Below, one piece after another: positions 24,901 to 36,400 of a stretch of DNA of 64,000 bases. The DNA is taken from positions 443,740-507,739 of the forward strand of contig NMRA01000176.1 in assembly GCA_002633005.1 (NCBI GenBank), read 5' to 3'. Below the pieces are notes generated by a model. It made no database searches. It saw nothing but the letters and a program-made list of their open reading frames with translations, and had not been told where the DNA came from. The DNA is from Phoronis australis. Lineage: Eukaryota; Animalia; Phoronida. Position numbers and translations under genes: made by a program. Within the stretch, counting starts at the first letter, position 1. The number at the start of each line of letters is the position of its first letter.

Positions 24901-27696
24901 TTTTGGTGAAAAGTGAAAATATAATTCTACAGTTATCTACTTTCAGAAAGCATAGAACTTCACTGAGTTGGAATTTGTACCTAAGCATAATGTTTGGCAA
25001 CATACACAGAATTGTCGATAAGTTCCTACACAACCTTAAAATGAAATGAGACTGGGCCTTTTGAGCCCTCATAACTTTGGAACACGTATCACTTGTTATT
25101 GTTATAGATAGTCGGCGCACACGGGAAACAGAACCGCCCAATTTGAACCATGTTATTTACTTTGCGACAACAGGACGAACATTTTAGTTAAAGCCAAAAA
25201 CTAAGGTAAACACGAATAGCTCTAGACGTTTTGAAACCTGCTTCTTAAAACTTGCATGAGGTGGAACTGAAAAACAGGTCCCGACCCATTTTAGCTGGCA
25301 TCAAGTGACTTTCTTTAAAAAAATATCAACTTTTTGTTGATAATGTACGCACCACGGAAAAAGGAGACCATAAACCATGTTAATCAACTTCAGAATAAGT
25401 TATAATGTCTTGTGGGCAGATTGTTCTCCACTTCAGAATAAGTTACAGAGTCTTGTGGGCAGATTGTTCCTCACTTCAGAATAAGTTATAATGTCTTGTG
25501 GACAGATTGTTCTCCACTTCAGAATAAGTTACAGTGTCTTGTGGGCAGATCTTTCCTCACTCCAGAATAAGTTATAATGTCTTGTGGACAGATTGTTCTC
25601 CACTTCAGAATATGTTACAGTGTCTTGTGGGCAGATTGTACCCCACTTTTACATTTTAAATACTATACAATTATTGTATATATTATATTATGTGTACTGT
25701 AGATGGAGTATTTTCGTTTGTCATAATACGACCTTGTATTTCATCTTTATGTTACTCGTTTCGTTGTAAGCGAGGTTTTCGGGAGCGGTTCGCACTTAGC
25801 GCATACGAAAAATAATTTCAAAATGCCACGAGTTTTGACTGGATTGGGCATCCTTTCCCAAATCGATTCGCTTTCTATATGAAACTGTTACCTTTCGTAC
25901 AAGAACATTCCAGAGATTTGTGAATTGTTCTCCATGACCGAGAAGTTCTTTCATTTTCATTCCCATCCTCCAAAATAACTATTTTCAAATGACTTCAGCA
26001 ATGATGCAAGAAACAGGTAAAGCAACATTGATTCTGTGTTCATCTGACACGCAGTGTTTGCATAGTGCAACGTGCTTACAAGGTTACGACTCCCTGTCTG
26101 AAGATATTTCAGTATCACTTTCATATTTACACAAAGCTAGACTATGAAGATAGCGGCATCTATATAGAACATTGAAAAATCTCAGCATTATTTCTCCACT
26201 TTAGTAAGTTGTGTAAAATCGTGTCGACTTGTAAGTGTATTTAGCCACATATTCTCAAAACTATAGATTTTAACTGGGAATAAGTATATAGTTTCTGAAA
26301 GTAGACAGTCTTTAAAAGTTGTTTTTGACTTTAAGCCAATCTTTTTTTCATTGGGTCACGTAACAATGACTTTTTAGTAAAATTCAGCAAAAGGGAAGGT
26401 ACAGCCATATCTGTAATAAAACAAGGGTATCAAAAACATGACTATATTTCGCTTCATATATATGTTCTATATGAAATCTCAAATACTCTAAAACATCATT
26501 TTCGCTAAATCCAGCATCAGATTTTTTTTATCAAAATCTTAAAAGTCCCTTTTGATAGTTCCTAATCATGGAGAAGTAGAACATTTTGAAAACAATTCTT
26601 AAAAGCGTTTTGGAAAACAACACATAAAACATGGTGTCTTTCACATGAATCCAATCAGCCAGTTCTAAGATAGGGTTTTCCGAAGTTTGGAAATTTGATG
26701 CTCTTTCAAATATTACTACGGGTACCTTTGAAATGTCTCTGTACCAGACGGACCCCAGCCAGGACGCCCAGACCATAATCTGGGGGCAAGAATTGTGACT
26801 CCTCCTACGTACGCCCTCCGTCTTGTCGCCACAAACAAATCACGTGAAAATTCCGTGAATGTTTCCTATTGATGAGATATGCGAGGATGAAGTCACAAAA
26901 AAATCCCGGATGACAAACATTCTTAAGTGCAGTGCTCCGAATCAAATTGACATTTCCTCAATAAATTTGTCCTTAAGTTGTTCCATGAAAAACTGAACAT
27001 GCATTATGCTTTAGCGCTGAAGTCAGTGTGTTCACTTGATTGAGTTCGCTGGTTCCGCCACGTCAACCGGCTAAGACATCTTGATGCCGACTTCCGGCTT
27101 ACACGCCGCCGATTGTCCTTGATAATATTGTTGTTTTTATACATGTAAGGGGATATTTATAGATCAAAACAAATCATGAGTCCGCCAAAATAAGGAGGAT
27201 TCAGTATAAAATACAATCATTATACAGCAAGGGTTCTACTATACAAACAAGGCGGATATGATTGCGTTCTACAGGCTGATAAAACAAATATTTTACTTTA
27301 AAGCTACACAAGGCTTTGTCCTGTTTAGCAGGCTAAAAAACGAAAATCGTATTAGGACTTCTACTCTCAAAATATGATAGTATTTAATTTACATTAGCAC
27401 CAAGAACACCCGACTTTATCGAGTATATTCGGGCTGGCCAACTCTAAAAGTCAATCAGTTGCATTTGATCCCATTGCTTTCTGTAGGCTACTCGAGTATT
27501 TTTCCAGTAAATAAGGATTTGTATTAACTCATACCTTGATTCTATTGATGAGATTATCCGATTGTGGAATGTCGTCAGATATGGCGACCAGTATGTTGTC
27601 ATATTTGTTGTTCACCAAAGAGAACTGATTCCGCGAACCAGCATCGGTGATTTGAAAGTAACCCAGTAACAGCAAAATTACACCGACGTTCATCAT
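12967..27696 (-). CDS. CLCA: Calcium-activated chloride channel regulator (CLCA family; zinc metalloprotease + vWA + beta-sheet/FnIII + TM), about 1046 aa
   Basis: There are 15 coding exons, all GT-AG and phase-compatible: 27696-27535, 26865-26726, 24116-23962, 22749-22613, 22196-22038 (duplicate at 21576-21418), 20817-20685, 20059-19941, 19036-18806, 18488-18207, 17902-17533, 17225-17091, 16190-15996, 15085-14934, 14273-14195, 13658-12967. They total 3141 nt. Motifs: signal peptide + NNKYDNILVAISDDIP, zinc site HEFGHLRWGFFEEY, HNDEAPNKHNAKC, vWA MIDAS VLVIDISGSM, IILLSDGQEN, LLDNGSGPDITKEDGTYSGYF, DMFPPEKITDL, LQWTAVGDDLDSGTA, FYFAVKAVDD..K.GELSN. These are followed by a Ser/Thr stalk and a TM helix. 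Confidence 0.93.
15108..15525. mobile_element. MITE family A copy (CLCA intron)
   Basis: Ends are AGGTTACATAGAAC ... GTTGTACGTAACCT, with the same internal block as the 24288 and 39321 copies. Confidence 0.6.
20241..20510. repeat. (GAT/GGT)n trinucleotide microsatellite
   Basis: Direct inspection. Confidence 0.95.
21300..22536. repeat. Near-identical tandem duplication (about 618 bp x2) containing CLCA exon 5, joined at a single N; likely assembly artefact
   Basis: 21300-21916 and 21918-22536 differ by only a few bases, and the junction is the n at 21917. Confidence 0.85.
24288..25036. mobile_element. TTAA-flanked non-autonomous TIR element (MITE family A), with a probable nested insert at about 24625-24830
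   Basis: Ends are TTAA|GGTTATGTA ... TACACAACC|TTAA. It shares the block ttggctaa.ttggaac.t..tatctca.aaat.g.tgatc.gattca with the copies at 15108 and 39321. Confidence 0.65.
25387..25650. repeat. Minisatellite, about 43-bp unit x6 with alternating variants
   Basis: cacttcagaataagtta(taat/cagt)gtcttgtgg(g/a)cagattgtt(ctc/cct), repeated. Confidence 0.9.
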
Positions 27697-30466
27697 GGCT
27701 GTGTGTGGAAAACCTACGCGCGTTCAATCTGTTGAAGTCTGCAAAACAAAAGTGATACGAAAAAAAAACACAGAACAATAATGAGAACTTGCGTTAGAAA
27801 TGAAATCTGGGCCCGACGTCTAATTTTTTATTTGAAATTGAAGTCGAATTTATTTTTGGCTTTTTCTAATAAGTCTATTTTTCTACACACTCAATATACA
27901 TGTCTACTATTCAAGTACATGACTTACGTGAACAACTCTGTAATTCTAGTTTGCACTTGATGACCCCAGCATAAAGGCTAGAAGATCGAGTCTGAACTCC
28001 AAATTTCAAGTTTTTACTCAATATCTCGAGCATGTAGAACGAAAATACATGTATGGGCAAACCTGGACTAGAAAATCACGTGCATAAACGTTAGCCCATA
28101 ATGCAATCGAGCACAGAATAATAGATACTTATCTTGGATTCGCACAAAAATAGAAATAATTTCGAGTTCAATTTCGAATACAAAGATTAGACTCAGATGG
28201 CAAATAGCTAGGGAATTTAAAAACCATATCTTGATACTGACTAAACTTCTCAAAGTACCTTACCTTATACCTTATACGCACGATCGACGCGCAATAACGT
28301 CACTAATTTGGTTTTGCATTGATCGTCATAAAACGGTATTTGCCTTGAGGCACTCTCATGTCGTGTGTTTACAACGTACTCTGTTTAGGAGTCTCATCTT
28401 TGTAATAGATGTCGAATTCAAAATTGTTTTTTGGTCATTTTCTGTTCTACTTCCTGCGAACTTAAGATAAATGTGTACTAGTGAGGGCTTGGGTACATCG
28501 TGGTTTATGTATAATGAGTTTCGAATCCAGGTTTGCACTTGACGAACCCTGAACTCGCGCTGGAATCTCATGTAAAACTTGAGCATTTGAATAAAAACTA
28601 AAAGTTTAGAGTCCAGACTCGATGTTGGGGTCATCACTTATGTGGCACGAAAGTAGAATGGAAAATCTTCAAAAGTGGAGCATCATATGGCCTCCTTTTC
28701 GGTTCGGCTGCCTTCGGGCTGGGCCCCCCACATTAATACAGTGGCCATGCTCTTCGGCCACTTTGGGGTGGTGTTTTCTATATTATTTTAGGACGGCTCG
28801 CTCTTCGCGGGTGCCTTCGAACGGAGTATCTTATATCAATATTGGGGCCTCAATTTTGAGGTCCGGATTTTAAATTTTTGCCTATGTCATTTTAATAAAT
28901 GAATCACAGGTTTTCCAACTACATGTAAGACGAAAAATGGTTCATGGGCTGGGCCGGAAAACCTGCGTTCAGTATTAATCGAGACTATGGTGGTTTTTAG
29001 TAAAATGTTCCACCGTAACAACACAGTTTGTAGTGCCTGGTGAACACACAGTTCCTTATAAGCTCTGAAATCATTTCTAGGATGAGGAACAATTTCAGAC
29101 CACTTTCATAATGGAAACCTTATTCCCACTTAAAGGGTTATTACCGCTTTTGCGCCGGTCAAAAACACAATTTTGAGTTCATTGTTGAACAGTATAATTT
29201 TTTTGAAATTATCAGAGTTATGTAAAACAATAAAATTCCCTGTGCTTTTGTGATTACTTATTACCAAACACCAATTCTCTCCGTCGTCTGCCAGACATTC
29301 AAAGAAATCAAGGACGGTGGTTTTTCCATACGCGTCCAAAATACGCTGTGCTTACCGTGGGGGATGCAGTTCAGCGATAGAGTGTTCAGTTGCGGAGTTA
29401 GTGGGACAGACGAATCCGCGCTACTGCAAATTTCTTTAAGCTTACTTTCCCCGCTGAGAATGTTCCTGTAACCGGTAAACACCAATGGCTAACCAAATTC
29501 ATCGGATAAAATTCTTTCTGGCGAAACATACTAGGCAAATAAACTTACCTCTAATGACAGAATAAAAAATAATATTAAACGCGCCTGGTCACAAACATGT
29601 TTACGGCTAAGAATATATACCTAACAGAAGTGGATTTTCCTTTGATAACGCAAGCACACGTCACACGGTGTTTTATGATTGGATAGCCACAGGGAAATGT
29701 GTCGAAAAGTACACAAAGATAAGATAAGCGTTTCTCAGAAAACGTTTTTTTAATCATTATGAATCGTTTTACATAATAAATATCATCATCAATAATATCT
29801 TTAAATGCTACTTGTGTCACGAAGCAAACCTAGGATCTTGTTGGCATTCGACACCCCCGCCATTAATCGTCACTGACAATTTGCGCGAAGTCCAATGACT
29901 GACAATCTGCATCGTCGAAGGTGTGGGTTAAGTTATTACTTTCAATAAAAATAAGAAATCAAACAGCAGGAATCTGGCTGGATTTTTACTGGACAATTTC
30001 CTTGTTTTGGTCGGGAATGATTACACCCCTCAATCCGCCCATGATTTATGATTGACCGCAAGATGTGCTGAAGTGAAGAAGAACATCAAGTAGTCGGTGA
30101 AACATCGTGCCGTTTTTCCCAAACCTGAGAAAATTCACGGAAGCCCAGAGAAGGTTTAATTATTTCATCATTGGAATCGTTGATAATGTATCACAGAACT
30201 CAAGAAGTAGGCTTGCATTATCATATGGACTAGATCAATAGATTATCCAATCCTTTCAAGTGCCGACTTTTGTTTAGCCCATCACATGGGGGCGCTGCTA
30301 AAAAATAGAAACTTGAAAACCACTCTTCCATGTTAGGAAATAATTTTTGTATACTTCCTGGTGTTTTATAGCGGCCGCTTTAAACTTTGTTTTTTTCTTC
30401 ACTATCGTAGTTTAGAATTAACGCACACCTCTTATGAAGACGAGATAACACCTCTGGTTTTTGATT

Positions 30467-33400
30467 ATGACATTTAAAATCAGGAGGCTATTATTTTCTA
30501 TTTTCTGCGGCGCTGCAGTTTTGCTGCAAATTCTGGAAGCGCGTGCAACCATCATGGGTTCTGTTGAAAGTGTGGACTTAGCTGGAACTTGGACGTTGAA
30601 CAATTCAAACGGAAGTAAGTTAAGTTCAACGTGTTAGTGATGGTTTGGAATTGTGCAAAGCCCTCGTGTGTGTTACCCCTGCACTGGAACTAAATGACCT
30701 GGAAATGGAAGTCTCGTCACAGTTCTCAATGTCCCCACTATAACTAAGTCTGGATACCTATCGTCATCAGGCTCCAAAGGTCGTCCGCCATCTTCTTTCA
30801 TGGGCAGCGCAGCCACGCGGGACTTAGCGTTCCAATTTGGAGTGCTCGTCTGCACATTAGGTGCTAACCTCTCTGGAGAAACACGCATGGAAGAACTGAG
30901 ACTAAAATTAATGCATTTACCGACTGTTTTTTGAGACCACTTAAAAACTTGTAGGTTTTACTAATTCACTTTTTTTGTTCATTTTCAGAAGATATTTTCG
31001 AAATTAAATTTTCTTCAGACGGAACAAAAAACAAATCAGGGATTGTTTATGCAATGTATCTGTTTGTCCCAGGCACTAACCGACACCTGTTAGGCCAAAG
31101 GAAAAATGCAGCTGACAAATGGAACACGCTGAGTGCTTAACAGTTTCGGCCCACGCCTTGGTCATCTAAATATTGTCCACTTGTTTTTTATTGCGAAACA
31201 AAGTACTGAGTTCAACATTTATGTTGAAAATTTTGGTTAAAGCATTTTGAATTTATTTGAAGAAAATTAAAATACTTGAGTTGATAGAGAATGGCCACCA
31301 ATAAAGTAAAACATTGACTTTATTTCACTATATTGCATTGTTATGTACAACATAGCATGACATAGTCAAAAATAAAAGAAGAGTTTGAGCAATAATATGC
31401 AAATGCAACTTGGGTATTTATTTATTTATGATTGCAAAAGCCTGTTAAAGGTGAGGAAAAAATCAAACAATACGATATTGGGTAATTTATTAGAACAATT
31501 GTATCAAGGTTCAATGATCAACTTGCACCGACTAAGTCTCAAAGGGTTATAGTTCTGTTTTGGCTGACAAGGTGTTAACAGAGAATGAAGAGAAACTGAA
31601 AAGAAAAGAAAGACAGCATAGATAAGTGGTGTTAAAAACAACATGAGCAAAAAGTCAAATAAAGAGGTCACAAATACAAAATAAGGAAGCATAACTTTGA
31701 AGTGGAATAATTGGGTGAGTACGACAAAAGGCCGGTTTTATGCTTAGGCGGATGACCATTGGGTTCCCAAGTACTAACTATCCTGTGATTGCCTATTGAC
31801 ATACTGTATGACATAAATTGTGGGAAATTCATCATTTTGGCCATCTGATGACTGGCAAAATTTGTCTACAATGAAGAAGTGATTTTTCGGAGCCATGACC
31901 CTTGATCCAAACTTGGTTACCCTAGTTCATCATGAATTTATTTAAAATACAATTTAATGACACGTTTTCATCAAAATGCAAAATTTTTATTTAGTTCTTG
32001 TGCAGAGCAGAAAAACTGGGTACTTGTGCTTAATGTCATCTCAAACTTTATTCACAAAGTTTGAACATTTTCCAATGTTTTGTCTTCATAGTCCGACCAC
32101 CTTTGACAACCAGTTTGTAGATCTGGGCAAGCTCACGGCAATGCTACATCCTCAAACAAAATTATTCTGCATTGGAACATTTCTGTCCAGCGACTCTATA
32201 CCTAATTATTACTTGGGTAACCCAATTTTCTACACGTCTGTCACACTGCAGTGCCACATCAGGAAAATTCCTGATCATGTTTGAACCTGTGCCCTTTGCA
32301 CCTGATGATGAAAACTGTGCCTTTTTTCAAATAGTTGTGCCCAACAGACTTAGTGTAATTAAAGTGGCAACATACGAAACCGTAGACAGTGACCAAGGCT
32401 TCTAGCTGACTCTAAATTAGCTAGAGACCGTGCTCACTGTCTAATGAAACAGAGCCCCCCAAGGGCAATCGAACTAAGAGCAGAGTCATGTTCATGTAAA
32501 TGCTGCAAGGCAATCTGACAAAGACTTCAGCCTGTTCTTCTGTGACAGAATAAGAACACACTGGCTGTAAGTTGACTAGAATCTTGCATTTTGGCAGAGT
32601 GTTGCATTTTAAAAGATGGGCCTGGAAAGTGCACTGCTGCAATGTACTTGTGCCTTTGGATCTTTATGCACTAATGCCACAAAGCCTTGGTCCAGGAATG
32701 TCCCTGCCTTATTTACATTGTTGCCTTGCTTTACACAGTAGCATGACATTTTTTGGTCACGGATTATGGGCTCTTTGCACGGATTACACATTTTCCATGT
32801 TTGTGTCATGGAGAAATTTGTTAAAGCTGCAATCATTCCATTTCTCCCAACTTGTATTCTTAGAGGGGGAATTCTTCACTATAATTACTAATAGGTTCTT
32901 TTGTCATATTTTGTTAAAAATTTGATTTAAAATCAATCAATAAATTCTCTTTGCAGGCATTTCCATCATAGGTAAGGTACCAGGCAGCATGTATACAGAT
33001 CTCATGAGGCAGGGGATGATTGGAGATCCGTACTACAGGTTCAATGATGATCTCTACAGGTGGGTCGCCCATGACAACTGGACCTATTCTAATCTTGTTC
33101 AAGGTGGGTTATCTAGCTGTTGTACCTTTAGATCGTCCCATTAACCATATCTGTGGTACATAGTTCAAGCCAATGAATTTGGATAACGCCTAATGTGACT
33201 GTCAGGGCTACACAGGTGCAGACAAGCAACTCCAAACTCAAATCACTGTCTCAAGTGCAGGATTTTCTTCAATAAACCATGAGAATTTTTCCTCAAAAAG
33301 CAGTGAGGCAAATTGCTCACTTATTCAATTTCTCACTTCACTTGCCCAAAACCGCAGTGTACAGGTGGTGTGCCAAAATGCTTGGTTGATTCATTTCACT

Positions 33401-36400
33401 CATCTATTAAATGTAACCTACTAGTATGCAACATCACAATGTCACCTTTCAGGGAGGATTCTTATGCTGAAATGTATGTTCCCCTTTATTTCAAGGAGGG
33501 AAAACATGACAATAGAATGAATCTTCCCATTTGACACAGTTCACTGTTCGTTTTCTTCACTGTTTGTACTAGGTAGTCTGCAGTATAGCTATCTTTGCTT
33601 AAAAGAGTGGGCTATGCTTGTAGCTCTTCAGCTGGGCCCTAGCTGTAGATTGAAGACTGTTCAGAAATTTAGAACTAAATGTATGACACACTTGGTGCAT
33701 TAGTGATCAGTCCTTTGATCTACAATAAATTCAGCTAACTTAGTTTGTAGCTAGTCTTTGGTGTGTTATTTTACTGGACAAGAAATTTTGCTTTTGAGTA
33801 GTTGTGTTTTCAAGTGAACGTAAAGCAATTTTTTTGTACAGCAGTTTTCAAATAAATAGACAAATGTATTCGAGGAAGAAAATTTGACAGTTTTCTGGAG
33901 CATTTTGCGACCAAATCTTTGTGAATAATTTTCTCCTCAATTCTCTCTTGATCTTCAACATGTTGTAAGTACATGGAAGCAAAGTTTAATTTTTGAAAAC
34001 CACTGAATGTCTGATTTACCTGGAAGTGAAAGTCAAGTGCCGTGTATACTCTTAATGCACTAATTATTTAATTGAAATTATTTACTAGAACAAATATTTT
34101 TAGTAAAATGATCAATCAAGTGGTACTCAAAGCAAATCAACTGAAAGCCAACAGTGCTTTTGATGCCAACCTATCATTCTCATCTGCAATATCACAGCAG
34201 GGTGCTAGCAAAATGGCCTTCTGCTATGAATTCTATAATTTTTAATTTTCCAGTCATGTTATATATGGACTAAAAATTAACATTCTGTGTACTTATAAAA
34301 GTCACTAAATTTTGATTTAAAGTGTCTAGTGGTGTTTAAAAAGTTATCATTTTTTCAGTTTCTAGTAGTCTGCTGAAGAAAAGCAAGATTGTGCTCATGT
34401 GTGAAGGCCTGGATACCGTGTCTACTGTCTATGTGAATGGACATTTAGTGGGCCAGTCTGACAACATGTTTGTCCAATATATATTTGATGTCAAGTCCTT
34501 TTTGAAGGTACTGTGTGTATCATGTTGTGCACTTGAAACACTCTTTCGTTAACCTCTTCATTGTTCCTATACTGAAAAATATATTTCGGAAATTTGACAA
34601 TATAAAGTGTCATTTGTCTGCCATATCACGTCCCAACCTGAAGACTGTATTATAGTTGTTATGGTCACCTCTAGGCGGCGTAAGGTAAAAATAATGCACA
34701 CTTCTATTGTGAAATGCATATTTTAAAAAAATAACTACAAAACTGATAGAGTGGTGGTCTTGCTTCATCAGAAAGTCCGTCTCAAAGCCAAATAACATGA
34801 TTCGCATAATCTTCGTGTCGAGTGGTTGACATTTTCTGTACTCTCTAGGAAGGATCCAACAACATCACTGTCCGGTTTGTCTCTGCACCCCAATATGCCA
34901 AGCAGCGAGCTCTCCACCACAGCTACCCTATCCCACCCGCCTGTCCTCCCGACGTCCAGCATGGAGAGTGTCACGTCAACTTCATACGTAAACAACAGTG
35001 CTCCTTCAGTTGGGACTGGGGACCATCGTTCCCCACACAAGGCATTTGGTAAAAGGGATTTCTTTTCCTACCTCGCAGCTTCAAAGAGCTTTCCATGTGA
35101 TGATGTCATTAAATTTTGTTAAAAGCAGCTGAATGTATAAAACATGTCTAAATGCTTGATCAATTGTTTCAGGCTTTTACTCCTTACAATGATATAACTC
35201 ACAGTATTAGAATTTGACTCGTGAAAACTAGTACAAGTACATGTACATAGGGAGACATTTTTGTAGTGTTTACAGATGAAACTTGTTTCATCATCTTCTA
35301 TTCCAGGAAGAATATTAGTCTTCAAGCCTTTGATTCAGCCGTTCTGCGTGATGTTACACTGGAAACCATTCCAGGTAAAAGAATCAATTTAATTCAACAG
35401 TCTGAATCAAGGAGGTTGAATGTCTTGAATTTGATTGTTATCATGATGCCACCATCACTGTTCGCCGACTGTGTTGAGATGTGCGGTGTTGCCATTGTTA
35501 TTTAATGCATAATTTTTATGAAATATTCCCCACGTTGCCGAACTTACAAAATGTGTCCGAAATTACAAAAAAATACACCATGCATTGGTTTTAGATATTG
35601 GCTTTTTAGAACAGCTTATGGATATTTTGCTGTCGGGATGTGTTGATGGCAACTAGGCGATGGCTTTAGATGTAAGATGTATGTTCTGATGTGATGAGGA
35701 CTGGCGTCCCCTCTCTGCCTTAGTGGGATCCGTTCAACAAAATGTGCATAATCAGCAAGATGTCCGTGATGTAATCTTATGGACTTCAGGCAGCAGACTT
35801 GAGATGCCATTATCACTGATTTGATTAGGGTAGTACATCAAAAGAGCGAACATGTGAAAACTAACACCTTTAGTTGGTTCTTTAGGCAACGTGTCTTACC
35901 TAAATGCCAGAACAAAGACTCACGCTTTGCTCAGAAATTTCAGCCGTTCCGAGTAGGTAAGGTGGCTACTTAGGATGGTCTACTAACAAAACGTTATGTG
36001 GTTTATTGCTGAATTTCCCAGGATCTGATCTTTCCCTGTGGACCATACGTATTCAGACATTCTACGATGTCAGTGGTGACGCGGTCACTGGGGAACTGGT
36101 TGTGACAATAAAAGAACTGTCTCTTACCATCAGCAAAAATATCTCTGTGGACAGCAGTAATCCTGTTATGCTGGACATACCAGTGGATAAGGTATTAATC
36201 AAGTCTTTGTTACTCGAATTTAAAATATAATTCACTGGCACTAGATCACTGCAGATATTTTAAGGCAGCACTTTTTTTGATGGATCGCAAATGGGCACAT
36301 ACAATTTCCAAGTAAGATCAGTCTTTTTTATGCCAAAAGTAGTCCACCCATGAGCTCCATTTTGACTGAAGTATAAACATAAGAAACCAGGAGTGATTAC

